Source: Macrostomum lignano (taxonomy: Eukaryota). Taken from it: a stretch of 64,000 nt of DNA. The stretch covers positions 1 through 64,000 of the forward strand of contig NIVC01000281.1 of assembly GCA_002269645.1 (NCBI GenBank), written 5' to 3'. The translations under genes and the position numbers were made by a program. Shown here piece after piece: positions 49,301-60,200 of the stretch; within the stretch, counting starts at the first letter, position 1; every line of letters begins with the position of its first letter. The notes under the pieces were generated by a model. It saw only the letters and a program-made list of their open reading frames with translations, was not told where the DNA came from and searched no databases.

Positions 49301-49523
49301 CCGAGCGAATGTTGCTGGGGCGGTTTTGATGCCAAAAGGCACAACTTTCCATCTAAAAGTACCTTGTGGGCACGAGAAGGCAGTGAAATCCCTGTCTTGC
49401 TCACGAATTCCTACTTGCCAGTAGGCGGAGGTCAGGTCAAGGCTCGAAAATACCTGAGCCCCAGCCAAGCTGTCGAAAGACTCATCAACCAGAGGCAGGG
49501 GAAAGCTGCAAGGCTTAATGGCT
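46352..49523 (-). CDS. pol: Gypsy Pol remainder (RT, RNase H, integrase), joined to the upstream ORF across a +1 frameshift
   Basis: YLDD, RNase H DCDSSLEGIGAVL, integrase HHCC zinc finger, DHAG..SDNG..NGKAER and GPY. Confidence 0.95.
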
Positions 49524-52034
49524 GGCTTTATTGGTCTGCCGATAGTCAACACACAGTCTCTGGCTACCATCCTTCTTCCGCACCAGGACGATTGGGGACG
49601 CCCACTCGGAGTCACACTCTTCTATCACACCGCATTCTAGCAATTTGGCAATATGCTGGTCTAGGAACTCTTTTTGTGCCGGTGTGGTTCTCCGAGAGGG
49701 CTGAAATACCGGTCGGCAAGTTGGGTCTTTCAGCTCAATTGACATTTCAGTTACCGATGTTCTTCCTAAATCTGTATCAGATGTTGAAATTTGGCTATTG
49801 AAAAAGTGCAGCAGCTTTATGGTCGTTGTCAGTTGCTGAGATGTCAGGTTTGATTTTCCCAGGCGGAACTGCCCTTTTAGCCACTCAGCAGTAGCCCTAT
49901 CGGGGTACGGCAGCTTTTCTAGGTGCTTTCCCAACCTCTCAGCATTGTCTATGGTAAAGTCTCGCTCGTGTAGCTGAGTGCGAGTGACAATTTCGTCAGT
50001 CCCTACATCCTGGAAAGAGGCGACTTCCTGTCCCTTCTTGATGGATATCGGGTGGTCTTCACTATTCAGCAATCGGACCAGAACATGGCGGCCTGTGCTA
50101 ACACTATCAAGTGACCTGGCTACCAGGCATTCTCCGTCTGCCCGGAAAAGACGCGGTCCAAGGACTCCTTGAGCACCTGGAACCGCTTCAGAGACCCGAC
50201 TTGGAACCACCGCTTCTGACCGAGGTGCCATCTCTAGATCACAAGCGGCTGTCACACGTCTCACGCGGTAGAGCCCGCTGTCACCCTCAATGATCGGAAT
50301 GGCCTCTCCATTAACAGTAACTTTGCCATCAGCGAGTAGCAGGTTGACCTTAAAACTCTTTAGGAAATCCAAGCCAAGCAAGACATCCGATAACTTGGTT
50401 TCCATGACCAAAAACACCTGGGTTTTAGTTAGTTTCCCTAAAGAGACCTCGCAACGCAATGTACCTATAATTTCTGTGGTAGTGCCGTTGAAAGCAGTCG
50501 CAGAGCGTCTATTTGTAGCCTCTGTAAAAACGTTGTTGATGGGGTCAGCTTCTACTAGCTGATCCTTTACGCGAACTCCCATGACGCTGGCGTTAGCACC
50601 GGAGTCAAGACATGCTATTATGCGACTCTCCCCCACTCCCAACTGAACAAAGTAGCTCGAGTCCGTCTTGAACTCACTTTCAAGTGCTGCAGATTGTTCG
50701 CAATTCGCCGGTGAGGCCAACTCACTGACACCTAGTGCACGATCACTTGGTTTCCCAGCTTCAGCCACCCGGTAAAACTTAACCCTGAGTCCCACCATCT
50801 GGTGGACTGTTTTGCACTGAAGCCCCTCATCAAGCTGCTGGAAATGTACGAATACATTGTCGCCCATAAGAGCCGAACGGATGAACCCATGACTCTGAAA
50901 CCACTGTGTGATTACCCCAGTCTCCATAGGTTCTGCTCCCTGTCTTACTTGTTCCTTGTCAGTGCGACCCCTGGGATTCAGAGGAGGCGGGTGAGGACAG
51001 TCTGCCACTAGATGATCAGTTAGGCCACATCGGTAGCATGCTCTTGGTGGGCGGCTTTTGACTGGTGCTCTGTTTGCATAGGCCAGATGGTGCGATGGGG
51101 CTGGCCGAGCATAGTAGCTGCGTCCCTGATTTTTCATGCCCTCGTCACTCAGATGTACCTTATGTGAGTTCCGTTCCAGAGAACTAAGAGCTGGCTGTTG
51201 AGCAATCAGCTTTTCTAATTCTTTTATTCGCGCCTCAAGCTCTGCTGTCTTGTCTGAGCCCACAACGCAAACCTTGGCCACGGATGATTGACCAGGATTT
51301 AAGAGCTTTCGGACACCCGCTATCTCTCTGGCCTTCTTGGCCAGGTCCTCGGAAGAGAGGCAAGGGTTTTCCCGACTAGCCAGCAGCAGCTTTTCAGCTA
51401 GACTTCGGTCAACAAGTCCATGGCAAAACCGAGCTCGGACCAGTGGCTCATACTGATTTATTGGCAATTCAGCTGCGTGTGCTAAGCTAATCAGCCGATC
51501 AAAGTACTGCTGAACATCCTCCATCTCTTGCTGCTGCGCACTGGCTAGTTCTAAGTAGCTTTTGTCTTTCTCGGAGACATCCGTGTATCGCTGACTCAAA
51601 GCTTGCAGGGCTGTGGCGGTGTCCTGCTTGTGAAGTTGGTTGTGGAAACAGTACTCTTGGCATTCAGGAGATAGAAGCGAAAGTAGAACCGCTGACCGCT
51701 GCTTTAAAGGAATATTGTGTGCTTCGACGTAAGTGAGAAACTGCGTCTGCCACAGGTCAAACCTCATCTTCGGCATATATGGCTGGGGCGGCCGAAGCCG
51801 GACATTGCTACTGCCTTCGGGTTTTTGGGTCTGCAAATCAGCTGCTGAAGAGGCGGTCGCACGACTCATGCTGGCAGTCAACACCTGAGCAAAGCTCTCT
51901 AGAAAGGTCTGCATGCTTGCAGGAAGGCCAGAATCAGCGGAGCCGCCAGCAGCGGCTGGCTCCTCATTACCAACTTCAGGACCAACTGGTGCCTGGGCAC
52001 CATTGCCAGACTCTTCAGCTTCGTGATCTGCCAT
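49515..52034 (-). CDS. gag: Gypsy Gag - CCHC knuckle - cold-shock domain - aspartic protease - RT N-terminus
   Basis: CYRCGLTDHLVADC, CSD-like TGVITQWF..HGFI..DNVFVHF, protease CLDSGA, RT start WASPIVLVRKKDGSQRLCVDYR. Confidence 0.93.
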   Translation of the reverse strand: MADHEAEESGNGAQAPVGPEVGNEEPAAAGGSADSGLPASMQTFLESFAQVLTASMSRATASSAADLQTQKPEGSSNVRLRPPQPYMPKMRFDLWQTQFLTYVEAHNIPLKQRSAVLLSLLSPECQEYCFHNQLHKQDTATALQALSQRYTDVSEKDKSYLELASAQQQEMEDVQQYFDRLISLAHAAELPINQYEPLVRARFCHGLVDRSLAEKLLLASRENPCLSSEDLAKKAREIAGVRKLLNPGQSSVAKVCVVGSDKTAELEARIKELEKLIAQQPALSSLERNSHKVHLSDEGMKNQGRSYYARPAPSHHLAYANRAPVKSRPPRACYRCGLTDHLVADCPHPPPLNPRGRTDKEQVRQGAEPMETGVITQWFQSHGFIRSALMGDNVFVHFQQLDEGLQCKTVHQMVGLRVKFYRVAEAGKPSDRALGVSELASPANCEQSAALESEFKTDSSYFVQLGVGESRIIACLDSGANASVMGVRVKDQLVEADPINNVFTEATNRRSATAFNGTTTEIIGTLRCEVSLGKLTKTQVFLVMETKLSDVLLGLDFLKSFKVNLLLADGKVTVNGEAIPIIEGDSGLYRVRRVTAACDLEMAPRSEAVVPSRVSEAVPGAQGVLGPRLFRADGECLVARSLDSVSTGRHVLVRLLNSEDHPISIKKGQEVASFQDVGTDEIVTRTQLHERDFTIDNAERLGKHLEKLPYPDRATAEWLKGQFRLGKSNLTSQQLTTTIKLLHFFNSQISTSDTDLGRTSVTEMSIELKDPTCRPVFQPSRRTTPAQKEFLDQHIAKLLECGVIEECDSEWASPIVLVRKKDGSQRLCVDYRQTNKASH

Positions 52035-54210
52035 TCAACAGCAGTCGCAGCTTTTGAACAAATGCAAGACAGAAAAGAAGAATGAGAGAGAGAAGGACCC
52101 AGTTGGCGGCAGTCTAGCCTAACCCTAGCACAGAAGCAAACACTGACTAAAACCGCCAACTTAAACTAAAGCCCTACCTCTACGGCAATCAGAAAACACT
52201 CTCACCACAAAGCAAGCGGGCTGGTCTTCGCAAATGTCCGACGCGGCTTGTTCTGTTGCTTCAGCTTGGATTGCCGTCATGCACAGGACTCTAGGACAGC
52301 CAGAAACAGTTGGCGAAGCAGTTCAGGGACAGTAGCCGATGCGCGATACAGTGGAGAATCCTTGGTCTTGACACGTTACTAGTAGTAGGCTCAGTCGCGG
52401 CGAGTAGCTGGCAAAAATTCTTGGGCTATCACGATGGGTTGGAAGCTAAAACTTGCACGCACTTGAATTGGGCAGCCGCGGCATGGAAATTGTCGACTCA
52501 ATATGCAGGGGTAGATTTATAAAGTTTCAGCCTAATGTACACCTCACAATGTACAGCGAGGGCCAGTGAAAATTCACAAGTGCAGTAATAATTTGATAGC
52601 TGCTTAATTTAGGCTGTCCAATTGGGCGCTCTCGTACAACTTGGGGTGGTTGACAGTGGTCTGACTTGCCGAGATGATTTTCCTATTACGGTTCAGAAAT
52701 AGATGATTCAGCAGTTCTCTATCGGTTCGGCTCGCTCGAACCGTTCTGACTTGATGATGACGATGATGCAGATTGATGAAGGTGCCGAACCCAATAGCAG
52801 CGCAGTGCAGCTCGTCTCGGTGGGACCTCCAAAAATTATGTGGCGTTCTGACGGAGCGAGTTCGCGTAGACGAGCTGGGCTGCTATTGTTGGCTAGCGGA
52901 GCTCAGAGTCATATATTAGAATGATAAAACAGTGTTGCCGAATTTCGATTTGATGGAGGAGAAATAGAAACTTATTGTAACGAAATATCCGATGATTAGT
53001 ATATTTAACGATTGCACCAGTATATTAGGAATTGGACGACAACAACTTAGCCACACATCACACCTACGCCTCACCAAGGTATAACTTAATAGATAACAGC
53101 ATTTAAATTTGTGCCAAGAAGACTCCGATAAAACAAAATCTATGCATTTTAACTTTGATTTATAAACAGAAGAAAACAGTTAATAAATAAATTACATACA
53201 TTTGGAATACTTGATAATTGAAATTACGAAACCGTTACATGCTCCTACATGTATGAAGCTGAGATTTGAGTCTTGTTTAATGGAGTGGAGAGAGATCTGT
53301 TGAACACCAATAATCATTAAAAGAATGTTTCGAGCAGGACAATACTTTATAAGACTTCATTTTTACTAACAGTAGTGTAGTTTGGCTAATTACTTTTGGG
53401 TAAACTTTTGATTTCACCCCTTGGCCTCCCACCAGTAAAATTCGCTACAGTTCGGAATTCAATTTAGGCTAATAATAACTTAAAACAAAGTTTTCGGGCG
53501 TATTCAGCTTACACAGAGGCATCGGAAATCAACGACACGAGATGCTCTTGGCACGAGTGTTTGCCGAAAGCAGCCTCGCGATCCTACTTACATCTATGCG
53601 CAACTCCTATGGTGCTGCATGGCACCCCTGTTACTGTAATTTTACTAGTTTCACAATATATTTATATGTTGATATAAACATATTCTGCTCTTGGCGCCAA
53701 GCTATTGGCACCCTGGACTCAGTTGAGACACATCATACGCGCCGGATTAACTGTTACACGGACAGGCAGTATCATACACGTACAATCAAAATTTTGAGCC
53801 TTAAATATGTGTGATAACACATAGAATAAAATTAGTGATATTGGTGCTGATCAAGATATGTTTATTACTGAGCTGTTTTATTCTTTTGGCCCACTATTTG
53901 TTATTTCTTGATATTTTAAAGTATAAAATGCGTTCTGAGAAACGTTTTCTTAACTCACGGATGGAATTGAATAATTGTTAAAGTAGAAATACCATTTTCG
54001 TAGACTTTAAATCGCGCTTTTTTATAGTTTAAAGATACGCTCTATTATTGGCTACTGCTGTTTAATTTGTTGCAATTTTTGGTAATAAGAGGCAATAGGC
54101 AAGAGCGTGCCCAGACCACCCTACTAAGCGAAGCCCCTCGCCTCAAGGCATACCCGCATACAATTGATATAAATTGCACTATAATTTAAGTCACCTTCAA
54201 AGACAAAGCT

Positions 54211-57200
54211 ATGTCATTAAAGTTGTTTGTTTCCTCAGTTTCTGGAAATATGAAGGTGAGTCTAATTTTTCATATGCCAATCAATATTATTGTTGTATGG
54301 AGCTACAAATGCTTGCCTGAAATTTTCACTTGTCTTAGGCCTTAGTGGCTAAACTAAAACCCCATTGTTGTGTTGAGAAAGTCAGACTGAATTTAGGGGT
54401 ACACACGAACTTAGCCCAAGTTGGCCTACCGACTGGTATATTTATACTTACATATTCATTTAGCTGCGACAGATCAATATCGGAAAACAGATGTACATAG
54501 CATATGTACATATCTGCAAACCAACTACACAACATTCACTCTCCCTTGCGAACAAGTTGCCTTGTCGATGAAATATTCGAAAATCGATTACATATTCAAG
54601 AGCAATAAAACAGACATGAATATTAGAAATAAAATATTTTTTTGATATCAGAATAAAATATTTGAAAGAGTTCTACATTAAGTTCCAATTTCAAAACCCT
54701 CAAATAGAAAACTCGAAAACCAAAGGCTTGCAACTCAAAAGTCCTTTTCAGTCATTGCAATCAATGAGTCACCACATCCCCGTACCACTGCGGTGGAGCC
54801 CGACTCCTCACACTCGCTCGAATTGACGTTGGTGCTCCTTGATATGGCAGCAGCTCTTTGGCCACCTCTGCCGCTGCTCCCGCCGCCGCCGCGGGTGTCG
54901 GAGCGGTTGTGGCGGCTGGCGCGGGCCACAGCGGCAGCGCTCCCGCCGGCCGCTCCACCCGCATGCAGTTGTCGACGTGCCACCGAGAGCCGTCACTGAG
55001 GATCACTGTGGTGGCACTCGCGATTCTCGAGATCTCTAGCAGCTCGGACAGCCGGCTGCTCAGCTTGCCACGCGCAAACGGCCGCCTCACGCGCACCCAG
55101 TCGCTGACCCTGAACGCCGGCGGAGGCCTCCTGGCCGAGTTGAGCTTGCTGAAGACTCGCTGCTGCTTCTGCTTGATGCTGCCTGCCAGGTTGTGCTGCG
55201 ATGGCGTCCTTGGCTGCAGTGCAGTCAGCGGGGTGCTGATTTTCCGGCTCGTCATCAGCTCCGCCGGTGACACCCCCATCAGTGTGTGCAGGGTGGCCTG
55301 GTATGACCACAGCAGCGCCCTCACCGCGTACTTGAAACCGTAGCCGTCCTGCAGGTGCGTCTTCAGGCCGTCTTTCAGAAACCGGTTGAAGCGCTCGACC
55401 GCAGCGTTGCCTTGCAGGTGGTAGTGCGGCGACTGGCGGTGCTGGATGCCGCAGCGCTGGAGGAAGTCTTTGAAGTCACTGGACATGAACTGCGGCCCGC
55501 CGTCCGTGTTGATGCTCTTTGGGAGTCCCCAGCGGCTGAACCACGTCGTCAGGGCGTCGATCACGTCAGCAGTGGTCACTGTGGACATGCAGGCTGCTTC
55601 TGGCCACTTCGAATGCAGGTCGTACAGCACCAGAATGAAGTGACATGAGTTCAGCGCCGAATGCAGCTCCCCGAAGATGTTGAGCTGAAGCTCCTCCCAA
55701 GGTCGAGTCGGCCACTTCATCGGAGTCAGCACCGTCTTGGATGGCTTGAAGTTTTTCTCGCTGAGCAGGCAGGCCTCGCAGTGCCGCATGAACTCCTCGA
55801 TTTGGCTGTCGATCTGCGGCCACCAGACCGAGTCCCGGCAGTGCTGCTTCATTCTGCTCACTCCGAGGTGCCAAAAGTGCGCCAGCTGCAGCGTCTTCTC
55901 TCTCAACAACCCGGGGATCACCGCGCGCAATCCATTCACCAGGCACTTGCCTTCATTCCAGACTGTGAGCTGCTCCTTGATCCGCCAGAACGGCTGCAGC
56001 TCCGGCCTCAACTGCTTGATGGAACTTGGCCAGCCCTCCAGCGTCATCTCGATCGCCTGGCTGATCACCGGGTCCTGTAGAGATTCCTCAGCCAGTTTGC
56101 TTGGGCTCACGATCTGCAGTGCGCCAGACAGCAGGACGGCATTCACTTGTAGCTCCGCCAGGTCCTCCTCGCTGCTGTTGTTGCAGGCGCCGTGTCGCGA
56201 CAAAAAGTCCAGAACGGTGTTCTTTTTCCCGGGAATGTGGCAGACCTGGAAGTCATACGCGAGCAGGCGGTCGGCCCACCGGTGCAGTCTCAATGGCCGG
56301 TGGCCGCTGCCCTGAGCCATCAGCAACGTAGTCAGCGCCTGATGGTCCGTGTGCAGCTCGAATCTCCGGCCGAACAGGAAATAGTGCCACCTCTCACAGG
56401 CGAAGATGCATGCCAATGCCTCTCTTTCAGACGCGGAGTACTTGCGCTCAGTCGCTAACAGGGTTCTGGACGCAAACGCGACTGGTCTCCGGACGCCGGC
56501 GCCGTCTTCTTGAAGCAGAACGGCGCCCAGAGCATGCGCTGAGCTGTCGCAGGCAACGATGATCTTCTCATCCGGGCTGAAGAACCTCAGACAGGTCGGT
56601 GCCAGCACCATCTTCTTGAGCGTTGTGAAGGCCTTCTGGCAGTCTGCGGACCAGTCCCAGGGCACATCTTTCCTCAGCACCCTCAGCAGCAGCTCGGCAA
56701 CATCCGACAGGTTTTGAAGAAAGTTCGCGTAAAATTTCACCATTCCAAGGAATGCCGCCACCGCCTCAGCGCTCTTCGGCTTCGGCACCTGCTCGATAGC
56801 GTCCACGTTTGACTGCATTGGTTGCAGACCGCTTGCAGAGATGATGTAGCCCAAGAACTGCACAGACTCAGCAGCCCACTGGCACTTGCCTGCGTTCAGA
56901 GTGACGCCATGGGCCAGCAGCTTGTCAAGCACCGCAGTGAGCCGCTTGTGATGCTCAGCCTCACTGGCAGCGTGCACGACTATGTTGTCGATGTAGTGCA
57001 CCATTCCTGAGCAGCCGTGCAGAATCTTGCTCAGCACCTTCTGGAAAGCTGCCGGAGCGCTGTTGAGACCGAAACAAACCCGCTTGTACCGATAGAGACC
57101 CTTCTCCGTGATGAAGGCCGTCATATCGCGTCTGTCCTCGGCGAGCTCAAGCTGCAGATACGATGAGTTCAGATCTAGTTTTGAGAAAACCGTCGAGCCC

Positions 57201-60200
57201 TTGAACTCCGTCGTCAGCTCCACGAATGTCGGCAGAGGCTGCTTGTCCGGCACAATTGCCTTGTTGGGGCACCTGAGGTCATTGCAGATTCGGATCTTAC
57301 TGTCAGGCTTTGGGACGACCACCAGATTCGAAATCCACTCGGATGCCTGAATCTCCTCGACGATCCTGTCCGCTAGAAGCTGATCGATCTCAGCTTGGAC
57401 CTTCTCCTTGAGGCTGAGCGGCGTCCGGCGGAGAGGCTGCACCACTGGAGGCACTGCAGGGTTCACTCGGGGCCGGTGCTCAAACCCTCAAATCCGGCAG
57501 AGTCCTCGCGTCAGCTGCTCGAAGCGGTCTGGCAACCAGGCCGGCAGCTGCCTGGTCTTGTCCACGGTGTGCACCAGGTCGCCGAACTGATGTTGCACCT
57601 TGTTCACCTCCGCCTCGCCTCGGCTTGCCATGGCAACTGAGTCGCCAGTCTCGATCGCACTGGCTTCTGCAATGCTGGTCTCCCACTGCTGACTCAGCGT
57701 CACCGCCGTCTTGAGCGTCAGGCCGTCCTCGATGAGCAGGCGCTCTCTGATCCGCCTGTCGCTGACCTTCTCCACGATCTGGTCGCGAATCATCTCGTCC
57801 GTCATGCCGCCAAACTCGCACGAGCCGGCCAGCGTGTACAGCGCTGCCACAAAGTCAGCGATTTTCTCACCGGGTCGCTGCCCTCGCTGCCAAAACCTGT
57901 GGCGTTCCGCCATCACGTTGGTCTTGCCACCAAACTGCTCCTTCAGCAGCTTCACGGTCTCGTCGAATCCCAGCGGTGGCTATTCACCATCCGAATTCTG
58001 AGATGGCGGTGGCTGCATCGCTGCGAAGATCCGCTGTCCTTCCGCACCCAGGCAGTGCAGAAGCAGGGCTCGCTTTCTCGCGTCTGGTAGAGTGTCGAAG
58101 CCCGCCGCCATTAAGTAGTTGTCAAACAGGCTCTTCCACTCATTCCACGGTCTTGTTGGCGGTCCCGGTTGAGGCAGGAATTGCTCTGGTGGCGAGATGT
58201 TAATCCTTGGCACCTCCGATGTGCTAGAAGCTGTCATTGACTGGGACATTCTGAGCACTGTGTACTTTTGCTGTTTGGCGCTTGTTTACTTTGCAGTGGC
58301 GGCCTTTCAAGCTGGGCTGTCACTCAACTTCTTAGTGAAAAGTCAAAACCCCAAATTGTGGGGGTTGGCCTAGCTTGCGATGCCAATGTTGTGTTGAGAA
58401 AGTCAGACTGAATTTAGGGGTACACACGAACTTAGCCCAAGTTGGCCTACCGACTGGTATATTTATACTTACATATTCATTTAGCTGCGACAGATCAATA
58501 TTGGAAAACAGATGTACATAGCATATGTACATATCTGCAAACCAACTACACAACACCCATGCCATAGGCATAGTTAGGATTTTGTATTAATATTAGTATT
58601 AGTGTATGCCAGGTCTAGTGGGGGAAAAAGTAAAGGACCACATTTGTACACTAGGACTAAAAAAGTTTTCAACTTTGTATAGAAAAATTGTATGCATTTT
58701 TCATTCTTAAATTTATTATTCATACAGGCCTAACCCACACTCCAGATCATGTAGTATATGCCTGAAAATTCAGGTGTGCATTGGCCTTGCATGCCAAAAT
58801 TAGGCATGCATAGTTTCATTGGCATATATCACTCCTAAGAAAATAGTATGCATGCACTTTATAGAATCACCCATAAGAGTTATTGTGAAGTAGAAAAAAT
58901 TAAGAAAGTTAATTTGTAAGCATAAATTTCAAGCTCATAAAGAAGCATTTAAAAAAGTATTTGTGTATATCAATTTTTTTGCTATGAATAGTATTGCCCA
59001 AAAAGCATAAAAATCAACCAAATAATCTACTTGGTTGATTTTTATATTGCAAATAAGGGTCTATTATACAATTTAGAAAAGATCATTTATTGTCACAATG
59101 TAAAAAAATCATTTATTGTTGCAACACTGGCATATTTTTGAGAAAAGTGTGCACAATTTTTTTGGCATACACTTGTAATTTTTCAATTTTTGTTTGAGCA
59201 TGTATTTAGCATGATCTGGACTAGGCCTATGAGGCCTAACAAACATAAAAATTACACACTTGCAATATGCAAAAAAGACATTTAAAAAAAAGGATTTTAA
59301 AGCCTAAATACTTTTTTGCTACAATAATTAATAGAACTTTTATACAAAATCCTAGATATATTTCATGCATACTAATAAAAACTTATATATATATATGCAT
59401 ACCTTTCAACCAACTTGCATATTTGCATATAATTTTTTGACTAAGTCAAACTTAGCAACTAATTTTTGCAATGCAGCAACTATAAAAAACTTACAAATGC
59501 ATGATTTCATTTAAAAAGGTTGCATATTCCACTTATCACATGTAAAACAACATTTATTGCAAACCAGGATCAAATTCTTGCTTGGGGGTAGGAAAACGTG
59601 CACATATATTTTTGTAGCAGCGCGCAAGCGTGCACGCCAGCTATATAATGCAGATCATGGCCCATGCACAAAAAATGAAATTTCATTTTTCTAGTAACTG
59701 TTTTTGCTAAAAACTATTATTCTTTGTTTTATTTTTGTTTTGAAATTTTCCAGCATAAAAACAACCTGGACTATGAAAAGTAGGAGAACTTGAGCATGCA
59801 TATGCTACATGGCACATAACCATGTTAAATGCATGTAAAAGTCAAATCCTATCTGTGATTCTGTAGCAAACAGCTTCTTGCGCAAGCGCATACAATGGAA
59901 CGCGCATACACTTCTTAAGAGTGCACAAGTAGGCTCCTTTTCAGCTTGCACAAATTTGACAAGTGCGCACAAATGCGTAACAACTTTTGTGCAAGAATTC
60001 CATTCTGGATTGCAAATAACAAATAAAAAATTAAATAACAAATAAACAAACCCCCTTGTGCAACTAAGGAGGGAGCAGTTGCTCCTCCTTTAAGTAGTGA
60101 CTAGAAAAAAATCAAAAGAGACCAAGTGAGTTTTTGCCACAATATAGAGTTGCACCTCATCCGCCCTCTTGGGTCCTTACCTTCTAAAATCTGCCCTTTC

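Larger units (their letters stand above)
45085..53239 (-). mobile_element. Full-length Ty3/Gypsy LTR retrotransposon
   Basis: 401-bp LTRs at 45085-45485 and 52839-53239 (TG...CA; three differences seen by eye). 4-bp TSD TGCT (45081-45084 and 53240-53243). PBS TGGAGGTCCCACCGAGA (52831-52815) matches the tRNA-Gln 3' end as I recall it. PPT agggaggcgag at about 45486-45496. Confidence 0.97.

Noticed and set aside
49500-49540. Programmed frameshift between the two Gypsy ORFs
   Set aside because: The shift falls inside RT after DYR rather than at the gag-pol boundary, and no slippery heptamer is evident; a mutation or sequencing error is more likely.
52828-52838. AATTTTTGGAG on the minus strand resembling an Sm-binding site of an snRNA or SL RNA
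   Set aside because: Explained by the LTR-PBS spacer plus the TGG of the PBS; no snRNA or SL structure nearby.
26950-53600. The inverted duplication as a pure assembly artefact
   Set aside because: The arms carry different insertions with clean TSDs and diverged introns and flanks, which a fold-back chimera would not produce; spanning reads are still needed.
54735-58203. Many short antisense or alternate-frame ORFs overlapping the Mag element and other exons
   Set aside because: By-products of GC-rich coding sequence on the opposite strand.
60066-60105. Hairpin aaggagggagcagttgctcctcctt followed by ctag, like a Helitron 3' end
   Set aside because: CTAG is followed by A rather than T, and no 5' end or RepHel remnant was identified; weak candidate only.
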